In this document: positions 37,805-49,946 of the stretch, piece by piece | Layout: every line of letters begins with the position of its first letter | How positions within the stretch are numbered: the first letter of the stretch is position 1 | Source of the DNA: Octopus vulgaris | Taxonomy: Eukaryota | Length of the DNA: 64,000 bases | Assembly: GCA_951406725.2 (NCBI GenBank) | Contig: OX597815.1 | Coordinates: 8,618,001 to 8,682,000, forward strand | Direction of reading: 5' to 3' | The notes under the pieces: model-generated | Databases searched by the model: none | What the model was told of the DNA's origin: nothing | What the model saw: only the letters and a program-made list of their open reading frames with translations | Position numbers and translations under genes: made by a program

Positions 37805-38088
37805 ACAATACTATGTTGATAGTATAATATTCAAGAAGCATATAGGGGATGTTGGGTGTGGTACATACAGATGTCAGTCTGATGAGTTAGATAGCCAGAA
37901 CATATTATATAGTTAGTGCTGTGTGTTGCAGTGTGAACATGCATGGAATGTAGTTCAGAATTAAGTGTATGTTATCAGTGTCAGTCTGAACATGATGTAT
38001 AGCTTATGTTGGATGCAGTGAGATTGATGGAAAATGTTTCATGGATTTGGATAGTTAGTCTATTATATTCTTTTTCTTAAATTCCTGT

Positions 38089-38621
38089 GACACATTTTTT
38101 CACGCTAAGAGTTGCTGAAGCATGGAACAAACTGCCGGCATCAGTTGTTAGTTGTCGGAGCACTGCATCCTTCAAAACTTCCATGCTTCCTGAGATTCGC
38201 CAACACTACACCTGATTTTCTTCCCTCCATACACACGCAATAATTACTCTGAGCACCTTTTCAAACTCCACCTGTCTAACACCTGTGGACATGTTTACAA
38301 AGTCAGAAAACAGCACAGCTCCTTCCATGACTTTCGGAAACATTTTTTCACGCTGAGAGTTGCTGAAGCATGGAACAAACTGCCAGCATCAGTTGTTAGT
38401 TGTCGGAGCACTACATCCTTCAAAACTTCCATGCTTCCTGAGATTCGCCAACACTACAACTGATTTTATCCCCTCCATACACACGCAAGCATGTATCTGA
38501 CTCGTACACTGTTCACTTCCCAGACATTTGTACATTACTGCATATGCTTTATACGCACTTTGGACAAGTTGTGGTGCACCTGAGCACTGTAAACAATAAT
38601 TTCATTATTATTATTATTATT
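38089..38621 (+). mobile_element. CR1-like 3' end, duplicated, with an (ATT)n tail
   Basis: HFFTLRVAEAWNKLPASVVSCRST.SFKTSML occurs twice, at about 38092 and 38341. Confidence 0.7.
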
Positions 38622-38623
38622 GT

Positions 38624-38692
38624 AAAAGACAAAGTTGCTGCTGCACCTGCTGAAGAAGGAAAGGAAAAGAAGGGTGACAGGAGATGAAGAGG
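38624..38692 (+). pseudogene. Dead copy of the E/K array exon
   Basis: Homologous to the array exons (AAAGTTGCTGCTGCACCTGCTGAAGAAGG). The acceptor is replaced by a CR1 tail, there is an in-frame TGA, and the donor is degenerate. Confidence 0.6.
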
Positions 38693-38746
38693 GTTTATTT
38701 AATATGACACAGATTTTACTGTAAAGCATCATAAAAAAAATTTTAG

Positions 38747-39176
38747 GCATAGGAGTGGCTGTGGTAAGTAGCTTGCTTACCAACCACATGGTTCCGGGTT
38801 CAGTCCCACTGCGTGGCACCTTGCGCAAGTGTCTTCTACTATAGCCTCGGGCCAACCAAAGCCTTATGAGTGGATTTGGTAGACGGAAACTGAAAGAAGC
38901 CCGTCATATATACGCATACATACATAAATATATATGTATGTATGTGTGTGTGTATGTATACGTTTGTGTGTCTGTGTTTGTCCCCCCCCCCCACCATCGC
39001 TTAACAACCGATGCTGGAGTGTTTACGTCCGTCCCCATAACTTAGCGGTTTGGCAAAAGAGACCAATAGAATAAGTACTAGGCTTACAAAGAATAAGTCC
39101 TGGAGTCGATTTGCTCGACTAAAGGCAGTGCTCCAGCATGGCCACAGTCAAATGACTGAAACAAGTAAAAGAGTAA
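38747..39176 (+). mobile_element. SINE family A
   Basis: Full head, body and tail. Confidence 0.8.
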
Positions 39177-39499
39177 ATATCAGAAAACACCTGGTGGAGA
39201 AGAAAAGGAAACAAAAGAAATATTAGAAGCCGATATGCTTTGTGTAATATTCTACAGGAAATTATGATTCTTTCCGCAAAATTTATGCATATTTAAATTT
39301 TAGACTATTCTAGAGCCTGTGTTTAATCTTGTTTTCATATTTATAAATACAATATTTTGTTAGAAAATGTTAGGAAGGTAGAGTTTTACAGAGTGTTGAT
39401 TATGTATAAACTACAGCATAATATTCAAGATGTATCATACAGGGTACAGTAGAGATGAGGACATGGTGTATTTGAGATATACAGAAGACATATATTTTA

Positions 39500-39801
39500 C
39501 TAGCAGTATCGCCCGGCGTTGCTCGGATTTGTAAAGGAAATAACTATATAAGCATTTTTAGAGAGTTACTTCCCTTATATAACCCGAGCAAAAATCATTA
39601 AAAATGCGGAAAAATGATAGTAAATTTTTTTTTTTAATCGTAGACTCATCGTAGATGCGCGCTAATACCCAGAAGGGCTCGATATGAATGACGACTATAA
39701 GATAGCCGCTTTTGGTTAAACTGCACCGCAAAATGTGGGAGTAGTTAGGAATCTAAATCGGAGGAGACAGAGTCTCACACACACAACTTCAATTTTATAT
39801 A
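39500..39801 (-). mobile_element. Non-autonomous Helitron
   Basis: ctagcagtatcgcccggcgttgctcgg end shared with the other copies. Confidence 0.65.
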
Positions 39802-39825
39802 TATTTTATGTACACGGTGTGTTGC

Positions 39826-40400
39826 ATCATCATCATTGTTCGACCGTGGTCAAGACAATGGAATTTACTATGTTACGCCAGACTTCACGGTCCATCATAG
39901 CATTACGGAGGTCCTGTTGCTGGATGCTTGTATCCCTGGAGATTACATCAGGGTAGGAAAGTCTACGCCCTCTGATATCACGAGTAGATGGCTTCCAGAG
40001 AAGAAGAGTAGAAATTACCTCGTTTTCACCTCTACAACAATGTCCAGCAAACTGGACTCTTCTACCTTTCACAAGAGATGATACAGGTGGTGATTTCCCA
40101 TATATTTGTACTTTGGTTGGATGACGCTTCCACGAGAGATTTTGAGCTCTCATAAGGAGGTGAGTGTAAGTTCCATCCAACTGCCTCTCAAGCTTCTTTG
40201 ATAACGTCCAGGTTTCTGAGCCACATAGTAAAATTGGTTTGACTGTGGCTTTGAAGATTTTAAGTTTGAAATCTCTACTTAGATTTGATGACCAGATCTT
40301 ATGAATTTCATTACAGGCTGACCAGGCCATATCCTTTCTAGTTAGAAAATCTTTTTCAGAGGATGATATATATGACCCAAGATATTTGTAATCAGAAACA
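39826..40400 (-). mobile_element. RTE-like LINE 3' fragment
   Basis: DYKYLGSYI...ILLCGSETWTL...FAGHC; (GAT)n tail. Confidence 0.8.
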
Positions 40401-40605
40401 TATTTAAGAGTGTGTTGCAATGTAAACATAATGTTAGGTGAAGTGAGTATAGTACAGTATTGAGTTCAAGTTATCTGAGTTAGAACATGTTGTATGAGGC
40501 TTAGTTTAGATTGGGAGTGAAAGTTTGTTCTGTTGAGCCCAGTGGGTCTGATAGAAATTATTTTGTCCATTTGAATATTTTGTCCATTGTATTCTATTTC
40601 TTAAG

Positions 40606-40728
40606 TTTCTGTGGAGAAAGACAAAACTGCTGCTGAAAAAGAAGAAGAGAAAGAAGTAGAAAGAAGAGAAAGAAAAATAGGAAAGAAAGAAAGTGTGGAA
40701 AAAGGAATGGTATTGGGTGAGAAAAAAG
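40606..40728 (+). CDS. Array exon 1 (VSVEKDKTAAEKEEEKEVERRERKIGKKESVEKGMVLGEKK)
   Basis: tatttcttaag|TT ... AAAG|gtatgt; 123 nt, phase 1-1, open. Confidence 0.7.
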
Positions 40729-40769
40729 GTATGTTTAATATGATATATATATATTCTATTGAAAAACTT

Positions 40770-42035
40770 TACTTGTGAAGACCTGTTGAGGCAGTGAAAA
40801 TCAAAATCGTAATCAATCAACATCAATGGAATTTGTAGCTGTGATACCAGTGCCGGTGGCACGTAAGAGAACCATCCGAATGTGGCAGTAGCCAGCGCTG
40901 CCCTGACTGGCCTCCATGCCGGTGGCACGTAAAAAGCACCAACCGATTGTGGCCGTTGCTAGCCTCGTCTGGTCTCCGTGCCAGTGGCACGTAAAAAGCA
41001 CCATTCGATCGTGGCCGTTTGCCAGCCTCGTCTGGCACCTGTGCCAGTGGCACGTAAAAAGCACCGTCCGATCGTGGCCGTTCGCCAGCCTCGTCTGGCA
41101 CCTGTGCTGGTGGCACGTAAAAAGCACCCACTACACTCACGGAGTGGTTGGCGTTAGGAAGGGCATCCAGCTGTAGAAACACTGCCAGATCTGACTGGAG
41201 CCTGGTGCAGCCTTCTGGCTTCCCAGACTCCAGTTGAACTGTCCAACCCATGCTAGCATGGAAAGCGGACGTTAAACGATGATGATGGTGATGATGTAAA
41301 GCATCATAAAATATCTTTAAAGAACAGAAATCAGCCAGCTTCATGTTGTTTTCCTATCAGCATGGAATGGACTTATTGATGCAGTGAAGATACAGATGTA
41401 GAATTATCCCTAATGCTCTTGACATGCATTGCATATAAAGTCAATGATATGTGATAGAGATTGATTCAAATAGGCTTGGTACAACTTTTTATGGATATAG
41501 CCTCCTTGACTGGCTTCTGTGTCGGTGGCACGTAAAAACCACCGACCGATCATGGCCGTTTCCAGCCTCCCCTGGCACCTGTGCCGGTGGCACGTAAAGA
41601 GCACCCACTACACTCATGGAGTGGTTGGCATTAGGAAGGGCATCCAGCTGTAGAAACACTGCCAGATCAGCCTCCCCTGGCACCTGTTTCCAGCCTCCCC
41701 TGGCACCTGTGCCGGTGGCACGTAAAAAGCACCCACTACACTCACGGAGTGGTTGGCATTAGGAAGGGCATCCAGCTGTAGAAACACTGCCAGATCAGCC
41801 TCCCCTGGCACCTGTTTCCAGCCTCCCCTGGCACCTGTGCTGGTGGCACGTAAAAAGCACCAACTACACTCACGGAGTGGTTGGAATTAGGAAGGGCATC
41901 CAGCTGTAGAAACACTGCCAGATCAGACTGGAGCCTGGTGCAACCTCCATGGCTTACCAGGCCCCGGTCGAACCGTCCAACCCATGCTAGCATTGAAAAC
42001 AGGCGTTAAATGATGATGATGATGATGATGATGAT
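40770..42035 (+). mobile_element. Two family D copies (about 40770-41295 and 41500-42035), the second with an internal ~128-bp triplication
   Basis: Conserved blocks and (GAT)n tails. Confidence 0.7.
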
Positions 42036-42715
42036 CACTGCTTTGAAAGAATTGTTATGTAGCCCTCTTCGAGAAGGACTTTTATGTTAAGTGGTGCAAA
42101 TTCTCTGAGTATCATCCCAACTTATTTTTAGAATGACATTGTAGGGTTGGAGTGAGAGGCTGGATCTAACCAGTTTGAACATTAAACAGGTTGAATAATT
42201 TGACTGGACTATGGCCAGTTTAAATGTCAAAAGATTAAATTTTGAAATATTTTAATATGTTAGTAGAATCCATGGTTGATCTTTTTTTCCTTTTTATGGT
42301 TACAATAACCTGTCAGAAAAAGTTAAAGTAGTAGCTTCATAGTTTGTGGATGATGTATGTACTACAGAATGACATTATGCTTTCTTTTGTAACATTGATA
42401 TTTCAGTGACGTGATTGCTTAATTTTAGAATGACATTGTAGGGTTGGAGTGAGAGGCTGGATCTGGCCAGTTTGAACATGTTATTTGTGGTGTTCTGTAG
42501 AGTATAGTATATGCTGTCATTTGCAGTGTGAACATGATGTTAGGTGCAAAGAGCATAATGCATAATTATGTGCATGTTGTCTGCATTAGTTAGAACATGT
42601 CGTACGAGGTTCAGTCAAGATTAGAAGTGAAAGTCTATTGAGTTGTGTGCTTTGACTTTGACAGAACTTATTTCATCTATTTAGATGTTTTGACCAATGT
42701 ATTCTATTTCATAAG

Positions 42716-42808
42716 TTTCCAGGAAGAAAGAAAAAGCTGCTGCTGTACCTGCTAAAGAAGAAAGAAAGAGAAGAGAGGAAAAAGAAGTGGAGGAAGGTGT
42801 TAAAAAAG
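42716..42808 (+). CDS. Array exon 2 (VSRKKEKAAAVPAKEERKRREEKEVEEGVKK)
   Basis: tatttcataag|TT ... AAAG|gtaagt; 93 nt, phase 1-1, open. Confidence 0.72.
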
Positions 42809-42979
42809 GTAAGTTTAATATGATACATTTTCTACTACAAATCATTACAAAAATATCTATGAAGATCAGGAAACCCTCAGTTCCCTGATGCTTTGCTATC
42901 CATGTTGACTACACAGCTGAGGGTGGAATTATTAATGTTGTGAAGTGACAGTTGTGAAATCATCAACAGAGTTCTTGAC

Positions 42980-44963
42980 ATCATCCTCATCATCATGCTG
43001 GCATGGGTTGGACGATTTGACTGAAGACTGGCGAACCAGATGGCTGCACCAGACTTCATTCTGATCTGGCAGAGTTTCTACAGCTGGATGCCCTCCCTAA
43101 TGCCAACCACTCTGAGAGTGTAGTGGGTGCTTTTATGTGCCACTGGCATGTGGGCCAGTCAGGCGGTACTGGCAACAGCCACGCTCAAATGGTGCTTTTT
43201 ATGTACCATCTGCACAGGAGCCAGTCCAGTGGCACTGGCAATGACCTCGCTCAAATGTTTTTTCGTGTGCCACCAGCACAAGTGCCAGCAAGGCGATGCA
43301 GGTAACAATCACGCTCGAATGGTGCTTTTTATGTGCCACCGGCACAGAGGCCAGCTTATTGCTCTGGCGACGATCACACTTGTATGGTGCTCTTAGTGCT
43401 CCACTAGCATGGATACCAGTCATCAAATTTGATTTCAATTTCGAATGCCTCAACAGGTCTTCGCAAGCAGAGTTTAGTGTCCAATGAAGGAAAGGTATAC
43501 ATAAGTGGACTGGTTACACCCCTGGCATAGGCCACGAGGTAATGGTCTCACTTGGCTTGCTGAGTCTTCTCAAGCACAGCATATTTCCAAAGGTCTCGGT
43601 CACTAGTCATTGCCTCGGTGAGGCCCAATATTCGAAGGTCATGCTTCACCACTTCATCCCAGGTCTTCCTGGGTCTACCTCTTCCACAGGCTCCCTCAAC
43701 CACTAGGGTGTGGCACTTTTTCACACAGCTATCCACATCCATTCTCGCCACATAGCCATACCAGCACAGTTGTCTCTCTTGCACACCACATCTGATGCTT
43801 CTTACGGGCAACTTTTCTCTCAAGGTACTTACACTCTGTCGAGTATGAACACTGACATTACACATCCATCAGAGCATACTGGCTTCATTCCTTGCAAGCT
43901 TACACATGTCCTCAGCAGTCACGACCCATGTTTCACTGCCATATAGCATGGCTGTTCATACACATGCATCATACAGTCTACCTTTTACTCTGAGTGAGAG
44001 GCCCTTTGTCACCAGCAGAGGTAAGAGCTCTCTGAACTTTGCCCAGGCTATTCTTACTCTAGCAGCTACACTTTCAGCACACCCTCCTTCACTACTGACT
44101 TGGTCACCAAGGTAATGGAAGCTATCAACTACTTCTTGTTTTTCACCCTGGAATGTGGCGGAAGTTGTTCTCTGCACATTTTCAGTGGTTATTGCTCCTG
44201 AGCATCTGTCATATACAAAAATGATCATCCCAGTTAGCCTTCCTTTGATATTGCTGCACCTCTTAAGTGTCCATAGCTTACACTGGGTACATCTTATAGA
44301 GTTCCTACCTCTGCCTTTTCTACAGATCAAGGAGGTGCATCTACCTGAAGGGATTTGTGGTTTGCCTGCCTTCCTACTTATTAGGACTTTGGTTTTAGCT
44401 ATGTTGACTCTAAGGCCCTTTGATTCTAATCCTTGTTTCCACACTTGAAACTTCTCTAGTTCTGATGGTGACTCAGCAATTTGAGCAAGGTCGTCAGCAT
44501 AGAGGAGCTCCCAGGGGCATACTGCCTTAAATTCCTCCGTTATTGCCTGGAGGACTATGATAAATAGGAGGGGCTGAGGACTGAACCTTGGTGGCCCCCT
44601 ACCTCTACCTGGAATTCTTCACTGTACTTGTTGCCAACCCTCACCTTACTGACAGCATCCCTGTACATGGCTTGCACAGCTCTCAATAACCATTCATCTA
44701 TCCCTAGTAGTTTCCTCATTGACCACCAGATAAGGGATCGGGGGACCCTCTCAAAGGCTTTCTCTATGTCAACGAAAGCGAGGTACAGAGGTTTATCTTT
44801 GGCTAGGTATTTCTCCTGCAGCTGTCTTACCAGAAATACAGCATCAGTGGTGCTTTTTCTTGGCACGAACCCAAACTGCTTCTCATCTAAACTGACTCTC
44901 TCCCTAATTAGTTGAGCTATGACCCTCTCTGTGACCTTCATTACCTGATCTAACAACTTGATA
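42980..44963 (-). mobile_element. Decayed 5'-truncated RTE-clade LINE: RT domain plus a 3' UTR that matches family D
   Basis: QFGFVPRKSTTDAVF, LAFVDIEKAFERV, HQGSVLSP, PWELLYADDL (~44490-44520), FHYLGD and GRGRPRKTW. Stop at 43548, then family D sequence running to the (GAT)n tail. Confidence 0.9.
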
Positions 44964-45225
44964 CATCATCATCATCATCGTTTAGCGTCCGTTTTCCATG
45001 CTAGCATGGGTTGGACGGTTCTACTGGGGTCTGTGAAGCCAGAAGGCTTCATCAGGCCCAGTCAAATCTGGCAGTGTTTCTACAGCTGGATGCCCTTCCT
45101 AACGCCAACCACTCTGTGAGTGTAGTGGGTGCTTTTTATGTGCCACCCGCACAGGTGCCAGACAGAGCTGGCAAACGGCCACGAACGGATGGTACTTTTT
45201 ATGTGCCACCGGCACGAGGGCCGGG
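44964..45225 (-). mobile_element. Family D copy
   Basis: (CAT)n followed by the conserved block. Confidence 0.65.
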
Positions 45226-45453
45226 CGCATACCTCTGTAATTATTTGTATTTCTTTCTCCCATTCATTTTCTTTATTGAGCAACCTTTCATAGTGGCCCT
45301 CCAGACTTCTCTCATTGCAGCCTCATTTAGTGCAAGAGAACCATCATCCATGTGGACACATTTCTCTCCAACAAATTTTTTCATGGGATGCCTCTCATGA
45401 ACACGTCTAAAGGCTTTACACCATCCCCACCCCTACTTAGGATTTATCTCCTA

Positions 45454-45966
45454 CTAGCAGTATCGCCCGGCATTGCTCGGGTTTGTAAGGGAAATAACTA
45501 TATAAGCATTTTTAGAGAGTTACTTCCCTTATAGATGCCAATTCGGGCTTTCTTAGCCATTTCTGTTTTGGTGTCTTCAAGCCATGAAGTCGTTGTTCTA
45601 AAAGAACGCTGGTCTCCTTGACAACGCTTTACGACGTTGATTTCCTTACACTCCCTTCCCCACAGCTTCACGAGGGAGGGAAGAAGGGGGAGAAGCAAAC
45701 AGGTGCAGGTGTGACCATGGCCGCCAACTTCGCCGCCATTGACACACGAAAAATTATGCATTAAAATGGAATAAAAAATGATGTTAAATTATTTTTAAAA
45801 TCGTAGACTCATTGTAGACGTGCGCTAATACTCAGACGGGCTCGATATGAATCACAACTATAAGATACCCGAATTTGGTTAAACTGCACCGCAAAATGTG
45901 GGAGGAGTTAGGAATCTAAATCGAAGGGGACAGACACTCACACAACTACAGTTTTATATATATAGA
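45454..45966 (-). mobile_element. Non-autonomous Helitron, longer variant
   Basis: A|TCTATATATAT ... hairpin ... CTAG|T on the minus strand. Confidence 0.7.
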
Positions 45967-46078
45967 TGTAAGGTAGTGGTCATATAGTGCAAAAATATGA
46001 TAGTGTAGTGTATGTAGGTTGAACTGAAGGCTATTGTTTGTTTATGAATTCTGCCAAATGCAAGCTCTCTTTTTAGGC

Positions 46079-46186
46079 ACATGATGCTACTGTCCCCTGT
46101 CCCAGGGTCTCACAGCCCCATACCTCCCACACCCTTGGGGTTGGCACTCTCAATGTTGGCACACTGAAAGGTAGGTCTAGTGAGAT
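46079..46186 (+). mobile_element. RTE APE endonuclease N-terminal fragment
   Basis: Translates as TLGVGTLNVGTLKGRSSEI, resembling APE motif I. Confidence 0.5.
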
Positions 46187-46582
46187 CTTGTTTTCTTTTT
46201 ATAGTCACAATAACCTGTCAGAAAATGTCAAGATATTTGTTTCATAATTTGTAGATAATGTATGTACTACAGAATAATATACTAGATGAATTCTGTTGGG
46301 TATTGTAGTGATGGGTATTATAGTGGCAATACAGAAATCAGGTATAGTGTTTGAAGGTGTTTCGTAGAGTTTAGGAGATGCTGTCGGTTACAGTGCAAAC
46401 TTGATGTTAGATGCAATGACTATAGTACAGAATTATTAAGTGCATGTTGTCTGCGTTGGTACATGTTGTAAGAGGTTTTTATTTAGAGTAGAAGTGAAGG
46501 TTTGTTGAATTGGATGCAGTGAGTTCAACAGAAAATGCTTCATCCATTTGAATATTTCGTTAATTTTACTCTATTTCATAAG

Positions 46583-46699
46583 TTCCTAGAAAGAAAGAAA
46601 AAGTTGTTGCACCTGGTAAAGAAGGAGAAGGAGTGGAAGGAGAGGAAGAAGGAGAGGAAGAAGAAGTGGATAAAGAAATGGAGGAAGGTGTTAAAAAAG
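46583..46699 (+). CDS. Array exon 3 (VPRKKEKVVAPGKEGEGVEGEEEGEEEEVDKEMEEGVKK)
   Basis: tatttcataag|TT ... AAAG|gtaagt; 117 nt, phase 1-1, open. Confidence 0.72.
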
Positions 46700-47072
46700 G
46701 TAAGTTTAATATGATACATTTTCTACAGAAAAGCATCATGAAATTATCTTTAAAGATCAGGAAACCCTCAGTTCCTTGATGTTTTGCTATCCATATTGAC
46801 TACACAGCTGAGGGTGGAATTATTAATGTAGGGGAGAGACAGTTGTAGAATTATCATCAGAGTTCTTGACATCCATTGCATATAATTAAAGTCAATGCTA
46901 TGTGGTAGATATTGATGCAAAAAAGTTTGGTACAGCTTTTTATAGAGCAAGCACTGCTTTGATAGAATTCTTTAATCTTTATTGATAATGGCTTCTATGT
47001 TAAGTGGTGCAAATTCTCCGAGTGTCATCCCAACTGTTAATATTATTGTATTATGCATATTAAATAGGGCAG

Positions 47073-47120
47073 TGTTGCCTAATGGAGAAGAAAAGGAAAC
47101 AAAAAATACATTAGAGATGG
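47073..47120 (+). pseudogene. Copy of the 48-nt small exon with AT in place of the GT donor (VLPNGEEKETKNTLEM)
   Basis: ggcag|TG ... GATGG|atattt; aligns with 37185-37232. Confidence 0.5.
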
Positions 47121-47129
47121 ATATTTTTT

Positions 47130-47350
47130 ATTTTATTTACTCTATTTTACTTGTTTCAGTCATTTGACTGTGGCCATGCTGGAACACCGCCTTTAGTCGA
47201 GGAAATCGACCCCGGGACTTATTCTTTGTAAGCCCAGTACTTATTCTTTCGGTCTCTTTTGCCGAACCGCTAAGTGACGGGGACGTAAACACACCTGCAT
47301 CGGTTGTCAAGCAATGCTAGGGGGACAAACACAGACACGCAAACACACAC

Positions 47351-47385
<35 letters not shown>

Positions 47386-47557
47386 CATATATACGACAGG
47401 CTTCTTTCAGTTTCCGTCTACCAAATCCACTCACAAGGCATTGGTCGGCCCGGGGCTATAGCAGAAGACACATGCCCAAGATGCCACGCAGTGGGACTGA
47501 ACCCAGAACCATGTGGTTGGTTAGCAAGCTACTTACCACACAGCCACTCCTGCGCCT
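47130..47557 (-). mobile_element. SINE family A
   Basis: Reverse complement full copy. Confidence 0.8.
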
Positions 47558-48274
47558 TTTAATTATGTCTTTTAATTCTTTTAGAAATATTTATTTATCT
47601 TTATTCAATCCTTTATCGCTCAGATTCTGCTGTCAAATGTTATGCTTATTTATTCATGTTGCTTTGAATTAATTGTGCATTATTTTGCAACTTTGATATT
47701 TCAGTGATGTGATTGCTTAATTTTAGAATGACATTGTAGGGTTGGAGTGAGAGGCTGGATCCTGGATCACCATTAAACAGGTTGAATAAATTGACTGGAT
47801 TATGGCCAGTTTAAATGTCAAAAGATTAAATTTTGGAATGTTTTAATATGTTAGCAGAATCCATGGTTGAGCTTGTTTTCCGTTTTATGGTTACAATAAG
47901 CTGTCAGAAAATGTTAAAATAGTAATTTCATAGTTTGTAGATAATGTATGTACTACTGAATAGTAGTAGGGTATTATTGTGATGAGGGAAAGTTGTTGGT
48001 GGCACATACAGAAATCAGGTATAGTGTATGAAGCAGAACATATTATTTTTGGTGTTTTGTAGAGTTTAGGATATGCTGTTGGTTGCAGTGTGAATATGGT
48101 GTCAGGTGCAATGAGTATGGTGCAGAATTAAGGGCATGCTGTCTGCATTTGTTAGAACATGTATAAGGTTAAGTTTAGATCAGAAGTGAAAGTTTGTTGA
48201 GTTGGGTGCAGTGGGTCTGACAGAAAATATTACATTCATTTAAATATTTAATCCATTATATTCTATTCCATAAG

Positions 48275-48436
48275 TTCCAAGGAAGAAAGATAAAGTTTCT
48301 GTATCGATTGAAGGAGAAAAAGAAGCAGAAGAAGGAGTGGAAGAAGGAGAGGAAGAAGAGGAAGAAGACGTGGAAGAAGAGGAGGAAGAAGAGGAGGAAG
48401 GAGTGGATAAAGAAATGGTGGTGGGTGTTAAAATAG
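48275..48436 (+). CDS. Array exon 4 (VPRKKDKVSVSIEGEKEAEEGVEEGEEEEEEDVEEEEEEEEEGVDKEMVVGVKI)
   Basis: tattccataag|TT ... ATAG|gtatgt; 162 nt, phase 1-1, open. Confidence 0.72.
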   Translation, partial: FQGRKIKFLYRLKEKKKQKKEWKKERKKRKKTWKKRRKKRRKEWIKKWWWVLK

Positions 48437-48960
48437 GTATGTTTAATATAATACATTCTCTACTGTAAAGTATCATAAAATTATCTTTAAAGAAAAGGAA
48501 GCCCCTGGTTTCCTGATATTTTGCTATCCATATTGACTACACAGCTGAGGGTGGAATTATCAATGTATTGGAGAGAGAGTTGTAGAATTATCACCAGAGT
48601 TCTTGACATCCATTGCATATAATTGAAGTCAATGCTATGTGACAGATATTGATACAAACAAGTTTGGTACAACTTTTTATAAATATGTGTAAGCACTGAC
48701 TTAATAAAATTATTTAATCATTATTGATAGCCTGATTAAAAGCTGCACTCCATGTGGACATTTTGGCTAGCTTCTGCGGAGGGCTAATTGGGTCTGCAGC
48801 CCCAAACTAAAGAGAGCAATAATAATAATAAAGCATTTGTTGTTACCCTGCCATTATGATATTACTTTAAATTCAGTTTAAATGAAAAACTTGCAATTTT
48901 ACAAATTTTCGGAGTTCTTTTAAAATTTGAATAGAAGACGTATATGTATATACGTGTGTG

Positions 48961-48999
<39 letters not shown>

Positions 49000-49095
49000 A
49001 TTAATCAATTTGGGTAGCAAAAAATTCAATAGAAATTTATCGCTACCAGTGGTCTAGTGGGAAAGAGAAAATAGTCAAAGACTAAAATATATAAA

Positions 49096-49302
49096 ATTTA
49101 ACAATTGAGGAATGGCCTTAATAGGCCATTCGTCCACTAGAATTTAGAAAGCCAGGACTCAAACCGTTAAGTAGTAGTAATTCAGAAATTAGGTGAAAAT
49201 TAGGTGAATTTCTGAATTACTACTACTTAGCGAAATTTAGTCCTGGCTGTAATTTAATTATTGGAAAATGGCCTAATTAAGGCCATTCCTCAATTATTAA
49301 AT
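49096..49302. repeat. Imperfect palindrome of about 205 bp
   Basis: Arms aattgaggaatggcctta/taaggccattcctcaatt, agccaggact/agtcctggct and taagtagtagtaattcagaaatt/aatttctgaattactactactta. Confidence 0.8.
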
Positions 49303-49898
49303 ATATATATATATATATATATATAATATGTATGTATATATGTATTGTAACTTTGTGTCTGTGTTTGTCCCCCCTCCACCACTTAATAATTACTTTTGTG
49401 TTTACATTCATGTAACTTAGTGGTTTGGTAAGAGGCCAATAAAAAAGTAGCAGACACACAAAAAGAAAGAACTAGTGTCGATTTGTTTGCTAAAAATTCT
49501 TCAAGGTGGTGATCCAGTGTGGCCATAGTCTGATGACTGAAGAAGATAAAAGAACCACTAAACTCCTTAGTAAAACTTAAAGTTAAGGGTGGTAACTCTT
49601 GTACTTCCCATGGCCACTTTACCTGCTAGAAATAGCAACACAAATGCTTTTAAATCAGATCCCAATGCTGGATGTTTAAGAACCAAATGAAGGGCAGAAT
49701 TCCAATCCTGGGATCATCCTGATTCCAAAAAGGTAATGTATGCCTATGTAGACCAAATGTAGACTGAGATACAAGGGTCCCAGACAGACAGAATTTCACT
49801 TTTATTAATATAGATGACATATATGTTAAGGGGTGCAAATTCTCCGAGTGTCATCCCAACTGTTGATATTATTGTATTCTGCATATTAAATAGGACAG

Positions 49899-49946
49899 TG
49901 TTGCCTAATGGAGAAGAAAAGGAAACAAAAAATACATTAGAGATGG
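49899..49946 (+). pseudogene. Copy of the 48-nt small exon with AT in place of the GT donor
   Basis: gacag|TG ... GATGG|atatgt; same peptide as the 47073 copy. Confidence 0.5.

Noticed and set aside
43548-44956. Active reverse transcriptase or a novel RT system
   Set aside because: An ordinary RTE LINE, 5'-truncated and broken by frameshifts.
47121-47126. AT donors as U12-type AT-AC introns
   Set aside because: They do not match the ATATCC consensus, and the downstream acceptors are AG.
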